Source: Carcharhinus longimanus
Lineage: Eukaryota
DNA: 64,000 bases
Assembly: GCA_030264375.1 (NCBI GenBank)
Contig: JASCQW010000081.1
Span: 93,867,814 to 93,931,813 of the forward strand
Reading direction: 5' to 3'
Numbering within the stretch: the stretch's first letter is position 1; each line of letters starts with the position of its first letter. The notes under the pieces were generated by a model. It saw only the letters and a program-made list of their open reading frames with translations, was not told the origin of the DNA and did no database searches. Position numbers and translations under genes: made by a program. Below, one piece after another: positions 37,801 through 49,800 of this stretch.

Positions 37801-40800
37801 GCGTTGTTTATAAAGATGCAGGAGTACATTGGTCCCCTTCATATTCCACTCAGATCTCGCAATTTTACGTTTATTTTGCGTGGTTAGTAACAAATGCGCG
37901 GCACACCGTACTGCCTACACTGAGTTACCTTTTAAGTGGTAACGTAAGGGATTGCATGGTAAAACGTGTGTAAAAGTTTATGTTGTAACAAAATTACTGA
38001 ACATTATTCACAGAGCTAAAAAAATTCAATTTCTGTTTTGTCTCCTGTAAGTACCTCTCTCTTTATATCTTACGTCTTCTTCTGTTGTGATAAAATGAAG
38101 ACATATATTAAGGCTGGTGTCAGATGTGTTCGACAGTAATTCAAAATAAAGTGTATCTAAAATATGTTGAAAAACTCGATATTTCATTGAAATTACGTTT
38201 TTCTCTAAAATTATATTGACAGTATACTTTGATTTATTTGACCCTGTACCGAGACATTGAGAAGTTCGTGATCATACATCATCTTTTCCAGTTTATTGTG
38301 GACTCCTTTTCAGAGTACAATTTCGACAGTGTAAACTCTCCGCTAACTTATTGAGAGGAGAGTACATCTCATGCAAGGGTTCATTTTATTGGGTAACCAC
38401 CTCCTTCCATTATTTACTGTTTAAATTGCCTTCCGCCATCACTAAAGTTGTTGTAAAAGTGTTAGAAATAATCAAGTTGTCTTCTCGTTAAAGTAGCAAA
38501 TCGAGTATTGTGGGGCCTTTGACCTCGTTTGCTATTGTGCAGTTTTCTCTTGCACGCTGTAGCAGATATGTTTGAATTCACATTATAGGTAACATGGAGG
38601 CCAATTCCAGAAAATACTTAGCAACAGCATTTGGCGATTAGGGCATCTTGAAACAAAGATGGGTGGCCACGGTTAGAGGAATGTCAATGAGAAGGAGGAA
38701 GAGGCAGCAGGATTGGAACACTAATGTTGAGGAGGACTAACTAAATGGACAGGTAGCTGAATAGTGAATCATACTTTCCACTTTTAAATTGGTGTTTTAT
38801 TTAATCGAGTCTTGTATAATGCTTGCATTCACTAAACTCAGTAGCTTGGCAAGTTAAGTTATTGTGCATAACGACAATCAGTCGAGGCAAATTTGTTAAA
38901 CACTACTGAAATATTAGGACACGTTAGGAAACATAGGATCATAGAAAATAGGAACAGAAGGAGGCCCTTTGGCCCTTTGCACCTCTTCCACCATTCAGCA
39001 CGATCCTGCCTGATCATCCAAATCAATAACCTGATTATGTCTTCTCCCCATTACCTTTGATCCCATTCGCGCCAAGTGTTATTTCTAGCTACCTGCTGCA
39101 TAGATTCAAATTTCTGGTATCAACTATTTCATGTGGTAATGAACTCCACAGACTTATCACTCTTTGGGTGAGGAAATGTCTTCTCATTTTCGTCCTAAAT
39201 CAACTACCCGAATGCTCAGACAGTAAGCTCTGTTTTGCACCACCCCACCATTCGGGGACATCCTCCCTTCATCTATTGTGTCTAGTCCTGTTGGAATTTT
39301 CTAAGTCTGTGTGAGATGCAGTATAACATTTTCGATCAGCTTCTGGCCCGATGTGTCCATATCTTTGCCAAATGAAATGGAGTCAATTTTGATTCATAAT
39401 TCAGGAGAAGTTATAAGATCAAGGCAAAGAAAAGAAGAAAAAATGTAAGTTACTGTCCTATATAACTTCCTCACCGGCTCTTCGCACGTCATCTTTTAGT
39501 TTTGGCAGATCTGAGGGAAGAAAGAAGAAATACATCTTGTTATAGGCGAAGTTTTATGTGGCAATTCCGAAAATAGGTGCGTTTGCGGAAATATACTGAA
39601 AAATAAATAATCTCCCTAATTTCTAATAGATATTTGTTTTTTTTTGTATTTGCTGCATCATCCGAAATGGAAAATCCAAATCTTGTCATATTGAATAATG
39701 TTAACTGCAGAAGTGTAAATGAAATAAAAAAATCTGATCATCTTCTGTCCGAATATCGTTCGGCATATTTTCTTGACTCACTTGAGGTTAGCAGTAATAA
39801 TTGTAATTTTTAGACTGACGTCGATGTAAAACTTTTCACACACCAGTTAATGAAATAGCAACGGGTTTAAAAAAATTATCTTATTAAAATATGTCAATAA
39901 TAGAACGTGAAACTGCTGACAAATTTTCGCAATCCAATCACAATTCAATGCGCGATATTACCTCTAGATCCAGCTTCTTTCGTTCAATTGCACCAGAGGA
40001 AAATCTATAAATAGCCTAAGATATCGCTCCTACCTCCGTGCGATGCATATACACCAAATATACCTTGGCTATTCCTCAAACTACTCGAGTCAATTTTTTG
40101 GTCAATGGGGTGTTGAAAATATCTGTTAAAGACTCAGCTATTGTTTCCCTTGCCTCCCGCAGTAACCCGAGATAGGTTACATCGATACCGGGGTCGTGCC
40201 GACCTTAATGCGATTTAGGATAACCAAAACAAACTCAATGTATTGACATTCTTTAGAGCACAGCCGCTCTGATTCCTGGCCTGAACGTCAGACACGTCCT
40301 CCTATTTGGTGAATACAATTATAACTTTTTTTTTATTACTAATTTCACCCACTTGCTGTGGCATCATGCATACCTCCTTCCATCGTCCATGAGTGGGTCT
40401 ATTCTTCCTGCTGCTACCCGCTTGCTCCTATTATAGACATAAAATGTCTTGGGGTTCTCCTTTATCCTGTTTGCTAAAAACAAAATGGCCACGTTTAGCC
40501 CTTTCTATTTTTTCCCTAGTTTATTTCCTACTTTATTTATAATCGTCAAGAGCTTCGGTTCACTCAGGTGTTCCCCTTCAGTTTGATCACCATTTGATCG
40601 CCTGTAGGATGTTTCTGGCATCGTAATTCTGCCTCTAATATTCCTAAGCTCTAATCGAATGTGTTTTACCATTGATTCCTCTGGTGTATCTTCTGCGTCC
40701 GGAATATAATGTTAAATGAATATTACTCAATCCTCACTTGAAAAAGAAATCTCAGTAATTCCCGAACAACCAGTGGCCAGAAATGTTTCGCTGACAAACT

Positions 40801-43800
40801 TTCTCCTATTTGACAGTCATCTCTGGTATCATCACAACACATTTTTTATGTTGCTACAGGTCAACAAAAGGTTTTAATTGTCTTCAAACTAAGAGTCAAC
40901 CATACATGGATATGGTCTGAATGTTTCCCTTTGCTCTTACTGTCTACCAAGTTGGAGCTCCGTTGAAAACAATATATTTCATCATCCATTCTTATTTTTC
41001 TTTGCAAAATATTAATACAGCCTGTATTTCCATTTCTAACATTATATTTTGGTTTATTGTAAAACCCTTTATAATAGAACCTACTTATTGCACATTTATT
41101 CACCGTAAGTGGCATTAAGTAACACGTGGTTAGAAGAAGTAATTGAATTCCTGTTCATCAATAAATTTAGTGAAATGAGGTAACAATTGCCATCACAATC
41201 CACACTAGGAACATAGCAACACAAGAATTAGGAACGACAGTAGATAGTTCAGCCCTTCGAGCACACTTTGCCGTTCCATATGAACATGGCTGATCGCCAT
41301 CTCGCCCTAACTCAGTTGCTCTGATTTTTTTTTTCCGACAGCCCGTTATCACTTGTTGATCTTTTTCTTTTCTCTTGACTCCCTAGTCTTGCGTCCTTCA
41401 CGTTAATATTCGTTGAACTGACGGCCTGAGCGATGCAACTCACAGCCTTTCACTCAGATCTGTTTCCCAATAATAAAATGCAACTCATTTGATTTGCCTC
41501 CTGTTTCACCTGAAATTAAATGCTGCATAAACGATCCTGAAGAATCCCAAACCCACAAAACTGATGCACTCCAATTCATATTTGAAGGAAATCTATTTTT
41601 TTGCTTATGTCACCAGGTATTCTTTATTTTTAACATCATAAATAAGTTGTGGTCCTCCAAACAAGTGTGTTTGCTTCAAAACATAAGATGTTTATTGTGT
41701 TCTCCCCGCACTTTGATAAGGATGCAAGAGCATTTAAAATTTAATTCTTACACTTCTATAATATCAGATATGATAAGAGATCAAAAATTGTCATGTCAAA
41801 AATATCCCTAACATGTTCATTTTTTAAACTAGCTATATGTTTTAGTAATAATAAAATTAACTTATGATATATCGAGTGGAAAATATAGAGTAAAGACAAC
41901 AATGTCTAAAGAGTATAGAGTAATGAGCAAAGCGAGCTCTTTTCTCTAACAATGGCATTTGAATGGAACAATAGCTCGTTAACATATTGTATGACTATGA
42001 ACCACGAATTCCACGTTGATCAAGACACGGCTTCCATCAAGCTGATTCTTGCAATATTATTTTTTCACAGATGACAACATACTTAACATAGGAATGCACT
42101 CTTAACTAATCCAGCACACCATGTGGTAACATTCTGATAGCTGATGGTGTCCTTCAAAGAGACAACAGTTCAAGCGATGTCAATAAAGAAGGAGGATGCA
42201 CAGCTTGCCATTGGCACTATTAAATAAGATTTGTTTTAACCGTTGGCAGAACTGTGTGTTTACTCATTAGATGCATTTGCCTGATATAAAGGATTCAAAT
42301 AGTGTTGTATGAACGCTTGACACTAGATTTGAAGGCGGATGTCTTAATTATGGGTATATTAAATAATTGGAATTCCGTGATTGGGTGCAAGTTTGGAAGA
42401 GAAAACAAATGACTTGGATTATTTTTGCAGATTGTTCTCATCACTATAGCATTTACGTGTGAGAACATAAGAACATAAGAAATAGGAGCAGGAGTAGGCC
42501 ATCGAACCCCCCAAGCCTGGCCCGCCATTCAATAAGATCATGGCTGATCGGTCGTGTCTCAGTTCCACATTCCCGCCCTCTCCCCATAACCCTTAATCCC
42601 CTTGCCTATTAAAAACCTATCAACCCACGTCTTAAATATATTTAGCGAGGCAGCCTCCACCACTTCAACGGGCAGAGAATTCCAGAGNNNNNNNNNNNNN
42701 NNNNNNNNNNNNNNNNNNNNNNNNNNNNNNNNNNNNNNNNNNNNNNNNNNNNNNNNNNNNNNNNNNNNNNNNNNNNNNNNNNNNNNNNNNNNNNNNNNNN
42801 NNNNNNNNNNNNNNNNNNNNNNNNNNNNNNNNNNNNNNNNNNNNNNNNNNNNNNNNNNNNNNNNNNNNNNNNNNNNNNNNNNNNNNNNNNNNNNNNNNNN
42901 NNNNNNNNNNNNNNNNNNNNNNNNNNNNNNNNNNNNNNNNNNNNNNNNNNNNNNNNNNNNNNNNNNNNNNNNNNNNNNNNNNNNNNNNNNNNNNNNNNNN
43001 NNNNNNNNNNNNNNNNNNNNNNNNNNNNNNNNNNNNNNNNNNNNNNNNNNNNNNNNNNNNNNNNNNNNNNNNNNNNNNNNNNNNNNNNNNNNNNNNNNNN
43101 NNNNNNNNNNNNNNNNNNNNNNNNNNNNNNNNNNNNNNNNNNNNNNNNNNNNNNNNNNNNNNNNNNNNNNNNNNNNNNNNNNNNNNNNNNNNNNNNNNNN
43201 NNNNNNNNNNNNNNNNNNNNNNNNNNNNNNNNNNNNNNNNNNNNNNNNNCGTTTTCTTGTAGAAATCCCACCTATGGCGAAAGAGATCTCCATTTTCCAG
43301 GCATGTGAAACCTTCCCTTTTATACCAGCTGATTGATTGATTGACTTATTGTCACAACCACTAACATACAGTATTGTTTATTGTGCGCTATACAGACAAC
43401 AGACCGTTCACACAAAAGGAAAATGGAGAGAGCAGAATGCAGTGTTACAGTCATCGCCAGGTGTCAAGAAAGATCAACTTAATGCAAAGTAGGTCCATTC
43501 GAAATCTGACAGCAGCCGGGAGAAAGCTTTTCTTGAGTCGGTGACTGCGTGACCACTGCCTTTTATATCTTATGCCCGATGGAAGAAGGTGGAAGAGAAA
43601 ATGTCCGAATGCGTGGGATCGTTAATTATGCTGGCTGAGAACACAGCCTTGTGGTTCACCGGTGTTGAGGATGATTTTGGATGAAATGTTGTTGCCTATC
43701 CTTACTGATTGTGGTCTGTGAGCTAGAAAGTTTCAGGTCCAGTCGCAGGGGGAGATGCCGAAGCCCAGGGCACGGAGTTTGGAGATGAGTTTCGTGGGAA

Positions 43801-46800
43801 TAATTGTGTTGAAGGTTGAGTTGTCGTCAATAAGTAGGATCTGAAATAGATGTCCTTGTTATCTAACTGTTTCAACGTCGAATGCAGGGCCAGAGAGGTG
43901 GCGCCTGCGGTGAACTTGTGGTGGTGGTAGGCAAAATGTAGTGAATGCCGGTCGTCCAGGAGGCTTCAATTGATTCCTGCCATGACTAGCTTCTCGAAGC
44001 ACTTCATAATGATGGATGTCAGAGCAACCGGCCGATAATCATGAAGGCGCGCTGCTTGGTTTTTCTTAGGTACCAGGATGATGGTCGCCTTCTTGAAGCA
44101 GATAAGAACATCAGACCACGTGTTGACCTGTACTGTCTATCTATGTTTAACCTCATTGGCACGTGGTATAGGAAGTACTCTTAGATTACGGCCGAAGAAG
44201 TCCTGCTTTTTTAAATTTCCTACTGCTGCTGCAGACCGCGTCACATGTCCTCGCTATGCCGTCAGTACAATATCTGATTGTTCACCTTCTCCCTTCAGAA
44301 TGTATTCTGCCAGTTCAGAGACATCCTGGATCCTGATACCAGGGAGGCAACATTCCACCCTGGAGTCTATTTCACGCCTACAGTAAAGTTATCAGTAACC
44401 CTAACGAAATAGTCCTCTTTAATTATTACTCTTTGTCCCTCCCTTCTTTGTAACACAGACTGCTGTGGTGTCACTGTTTTGCTGCTGCATTTATTAGCCC
44501 TGATAGGCCATCCCCCAGTATCCAAAACTATTTACTTATTAGAGGTGGGGACGGCCACAAGGAATTTATGCACTTACTGTCTGCCCCTTCTAGCGAGCAC
44601 TCATCTATCTGCCTGCAGCTTGGATGTCACCACATCACTAAAACACTTGTTTGTTTTACGCAAACTTCATGCTCATTAGACCATGCAAATTTTCCTCCAA
44701 CCATCCCTGCGGTCCGTTTGGACTCCATTTGGATGCACTTCCTTCGCATGTATTCGTCCGAGGTGCTGGAAGAGTTATGGATCTCCCACATCTCATTAGT
44801 GTAGCAGTAAACACAATGACTGACATTTCAATCACCAACTAAATTATTTAAGACAATTCACTAAACGCTTGTCTTCACTTATAGCTGCAGGTGCTTACTT
44901 TCTACTTATTTTTGACTGTGTTGCCAAATTCCCCTCCAACTCGATTTTCAAGTTTGCTGGTGACACCAGCGTTGTGGGTAGGATCTCAAATAATAACGAG
45001 ACAACGTGCAGAACAGTGATAGAGAAACTGGTGAACTGAGGCGACAAAACGAATCTGTCCCTCAATGTCAACAAAGCGAAGGAAGTAGTCGTAGACTTCA
45101 GGAAGCAAAGAGAAGTGCATGTTCTTATCGATATCAATGGGGACGAAATAGAGAAAGATCGAGAGCTTCAAGGTCTTAGAAGTACAGATCACCAACAAAC
45201 TTCCTTGGGCCCCCCATGCAAACGTTATAGTGAAAGAAGCCAATCAACACACCTACATTCTCATGAGACAAAGGGAATTTGGCATGTCCGCAAAAACTCT
45301 CACTAATTTCGACAGATGCGCCTTGGAAAATATCCCTTCTGGTTGTATCACGACTTGGTATGGCTCCTAGACTGTCTAAGACCGCATGTAACTAGAATGC
45401 TCAATTCAGCCTAATATCCATTAACAATGTTTACACTTCCTATTGCCTCAGAAAATCAGTCAGCATAATAAAAACACCCAACGCGGCCAGGACATCCTCT
45501 CTTACACTGTCTTCTGTCTTCTGTCGGAAACAATCCGAAGTCTGACATCACGCGCCAACCGACTCAAAAACAGCATCTCACTGCTGGTATAAGACTTTTG
45601 AATGGACCTACCCTGGCATTAGGTTGATATCTTTCTACACCTTAGCTACGGCTGTAACGTTACTTTCTGCACTCTCTATTTCCTTCATCATGTACGGTAT
45701 TCATTGTCTGTATTGTCGACAAGAAGCATACTTTGCGTTGTTCAATGATACATCTGTCAAAAATAAATCAAACCAAGCCATAAGGGAATTCGCCCGACAA
45801 CCACGTTGAGGTCTATCTGAGAATGAGATAACCTGCAAAGCACTACCTGACACTGGCTTGAAACAATGTTTACTTCCGTTATCAACAGCGGATATAGCGA
45901 ACAACTGATATTGCTAAGGAAAATTTTTCTCCATTTCACAGGAAGGCTTGCAGCAAGGAAGGGAGGAGTTTGCAGCTTCCAGAAAATTAGGGACAATAAA
46001 AATGAATTCGCCGTGAATCTGAATCTAACTTCATGTCTTTCACTTTCCATCTAACGACTCTGATATTTCTCAGTGAAATTAGTAAACCTTGGCCCCCACT
46101 TCCGATGACCTTTTTAGTTTACTGCTCTTCGTAAATGCTCAATGCATCAGCTGTAGGTAAAACACGTTATTTGAGCTTGCTAGCATTATCAAGCAGCGAA
46201 CTCACCCTTCAGTTGATCTTGCAATCTTTGTAGCTCTGAAACAAGTTTAAAAAATAACTACTGTGACTTGAAGGATTTTTCACTGCAGGATTTCGTTCAC
46301 TGCATCAGAATAACAACAAATCGGATAAAATGTTGTTTGGAATGTTCTATATATGGAGACATGTATATATAATGTATGTAAATTTAGGAATTATTTATAA
46401 CATGCTTATCCAGACCAGTCCACTCAGTCGATTCCGCCAAAGCTTAAGGGTGCATGCTTACAGGGCTCAGTAAACAATTACGCGACTCTTGCATTCGCCG
46501 TCTAATTTGTGAAAACACGGAACAACATGGACAGAACAGATCTCTTGCAAGTATACGCAGGCAAGTGTTCTGCCCCCTTTGCCAATCATCCATTGTGCCT
46601 GTTACCCAGTGGGAAAGCAGTGAAGACATAAACCAATGGAACATAAACCATCAACTCATTCCGCCCACCTGTCGTCTGTCAGTGAAACGCAATATTAAAA
46701 AGAAGAAAGATAGAATCTATCTCACTTATTTATGTGTAAAATTAATGCATACGAAATGTTCAGCTGTCCATCAGCACCCCGCCGTCCCACCTCATTACTT

Positions 46801-49800
46801 CGTCCCTTGCCGCTGTGATGAGTGAGCCGAGGCCGGAAAGGAAGGAGAGTGCTTGAAAACGATTAAACAGTTCCGGCCTCATCACGAAATACTGCTCATT
46901 TTAAAACTCAATGGTCACTCGTTGTCGCAATTATCTTCCTGCCGCGATTTGCTCACGGCAGCTTCGGATGTGCTTCAGTCGACTTGCAATAAACCAAGGG
47001 GGCGGAACGTGCCTGTTGACGATCGGCGCTATAATTTGTATATTCCCTGCGGATAATGACGGGCCGGGCAATAACATGCGAGATTCATTCATAGCTTAGG
47101 GAATAGGGTCAGCAGGCATACAAAAAAAGAACGATGACTGTTATCTATGCTGCTAATTCTGCATGACACTACGTTCAAGTGAAGTAGGCGTCAGATGACA
47201 GCGGTATTATTTTTAATAAAGACGGGTGAGCGTCGTTACATCTGTCAATCGGTGCTACGCTTGGTAGGTTGATCGACTTAGAGACAGGGAGAAGGCGATG
47301 TAAGAATTAATGAGGGCGCGTTTAAGCGAAAAGCAGCCTTGTGACAAAATCGTCCTGGCTCTTGGGGCGAAGCTTCAGTGGCTTCTGGCATGCCACACGC
47401 GCACTGCTTCCAAGCAGCTGTCACGTCTGGAGTTCTGCTTGGGGGACGAGTGAGGCCGAGAACGTTCAGACGTGATCGGAGAGCGCATTAGCTTGGGCCC
47501 GATCAGGGGAAAAATAAAAATGAGTCTGACCAGCGTCCAGAATGCTGCTTTCGATTCCTCCGGGAAGCTAATCCAGAGGCGGGCAGAGTTTGCTGAGCAG
47601 TCTGAAAGGGATTCGGATATGCTGTTATCACTGCAATCATTCCAAGTTTCCCACACCAAAGCTTTCTCTCAATCTGCGGGAGCATCCTGGCCAACGTCGC
47701 AGTTCACTGAAACGTTTATTTTATGTTTATTTCACAGGACAGCAACGAATGCGCGGCGCAATGTGTTGCATGCACTGAGTAATATTAAAATGGAAATCAC
47801 ATGAATTGCAAGATAAAATCCTTCTAAGTAAAAATCCATCCTCTAATAAACATACTGAATGTTATAAGAAGAGCTGAAATTCAATTTCCATTCTTTGTCC
47901 TGAAGTACCTCTTTCTTTATATTTCAGATCGTCTTCTGTTGTGGCAAAACGAAGAACATTTTAAGGTTTGTGTCATGTGTGTTTGACAGTAATTAAATAA
48001 TAGTTTGCCCAGTACGTTAGGTGAGCTGAAGCATTCGATGTTTCACCGAAATGGCATTGTTACCTAAAATTATATTAACAGAAATGCACTGCTTTGCTTG
48101 ACCTTGTACCGAGACGTATTGAAGTTCCTGATCATAGATCACATTTTTCAGTTTGTTATGGGTAGTTTCTCAGAGTACAATTTCATCAAAGTAAACTATC
48201 CACAAACTTGGTGAGAAAGGGAGTCCATCGATTATAACGTTAGACTCATTCGACAACCACGTCATTTTGTCCTTATATATTTAAATTAACCATCTCGCCA
48301 CCACAGCTTTTTAACAGTGTTCGACTAATCACGGTAAAGCAAAATACTGGGGATGTTGAAATCTGAAACAAAAAAAAGTTTAATGTTGGAAAATCTGAGA
48401 AGCTCAGACAGTATCTGTGGAGAGAACTAAACTTGAGAATCTTCATGACGCTTTGTCAGGGTCTGATTAAGCTGCGTTAAAGCAGCAAATCGACTTAGGT
48501 GGGCCATCAGACTTGATTGATTGCTGCGCAGGTTTGCATTTCAATTCACAGCAGATATGTGTAAAGCATATTATAGGTGGGCATGGGAGTACCACAGATT
48601 ATTTATTTATTTTTTGGTGTCACCAGTAGGCTTACATGAACACTGCAATGATTTTCAGTTACTGTGAAACTTCGAGATTTGGTGAATAGTGTTTCTTGAA
48701 GAATGAGGGATGATCAACTTTACAAGAAAGTCGGAAAGAAGGAGCGGGAGACAACAAGAAATCAGGTTGGCAGGCAGTAAATAAATGAATAGTGATGGTG
48801 AAGTTTATGTTTTACACTCACTTGGCTGTTTTTTTTTAATCGAGCATCGTGTAATGTTTGCACTGTGTAAATTAATAGCTTGACTGGTTAAATTATTTAC
48901 ATAACGACAATCAGTCATTGAACAAAGAAGTATTTGCCAATTAAAAGACTGTTGAAATGATTGGACAACCGACTTGGTGCGAGCTACTGAACACAGCAAC
49001 ATTCGACAGGTACATCATGTACAGAAAATGTTCCCATCGGAATGGATCAGATGGAAATCAAAATTAGGAGAACGATTTGTTTTCTGCAATGTATAATGCA
49101 GACATCATATGATATTGAGAGCCATCAGTAAATTTCAGTGACGAAGAGCCAAATTTCAGTTGCTACATTCTGCTTTCTCCCAAAGGACGGAAAAAGGGGC
49201 ATGGTATGTTTTGTACCGCAACCAAAAATCCTGACCAAAAAAAAGCGCATAATTTAGATATTCTCTACAAAAAAGCAGGCACGTGTTCTCAAGCAGAATC
49301 ACAAAATAATAACATAGAACGATCTTGAAAAAATAACTTGTTATGACAGTCGTGGTTCTCTTTATCAAGGTTACCAAGTTGACGATCCTCGAGGATAAAT
49401 GCAATGGTGCCGTTATTTCGCAAGGTGGTGGTACACTTCAAGTTTACTTCATGTTAACTAGCAACGTTTATATCGTCAGGTATACCCGCTACGAAACAAT
49501 GGTGCCTTCGTAAAACATATTGATTTAGATGGGAAAGCAACAAGCTCCAGCACCGATAAACCTGGGCGCCCAACAACCATACTTTCATAGCCTGGAAATC
49601 ATTATGTCCTTATACTGCGTTCATTGTGTGTTATCGAATCATTCAAGACGTTAATATATCGAGAAGTCTAATCGTTTTCTCAAAGATAAATGTAAGGCAT
49701 TATTAAATGCTTCTTGGATGCCCAATTTTCCAACGTCCACTGAAATCCGTATTTATTTTGCGCATGGTTATTTTTCCTTGTGGGTTGATCTAGCTCCATT

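Larger units (their letters stand above)
1..48960. repeat. Tandem segmental duplication array, at least 6 full or partial copies of a ~9-14 kb unit
   Basis: Collinear homologous blocks recur. The start motif 'gttaaaccagagagg' or a variant is at ~20, ~12553 and ~30767; 'gtacctct...ctgttgtg' is at 9501, 24177, 27790, 38051 and 47905; 'gaactcacc' is at 7720, 22395, 36473 and 46198. Confidence 0.95.

Noticed and set aside
42559-43336. Long ORFs of 200+ aa in the track (also 28961-29593)
   Set aside because: Artefacts of translating N-gaps.
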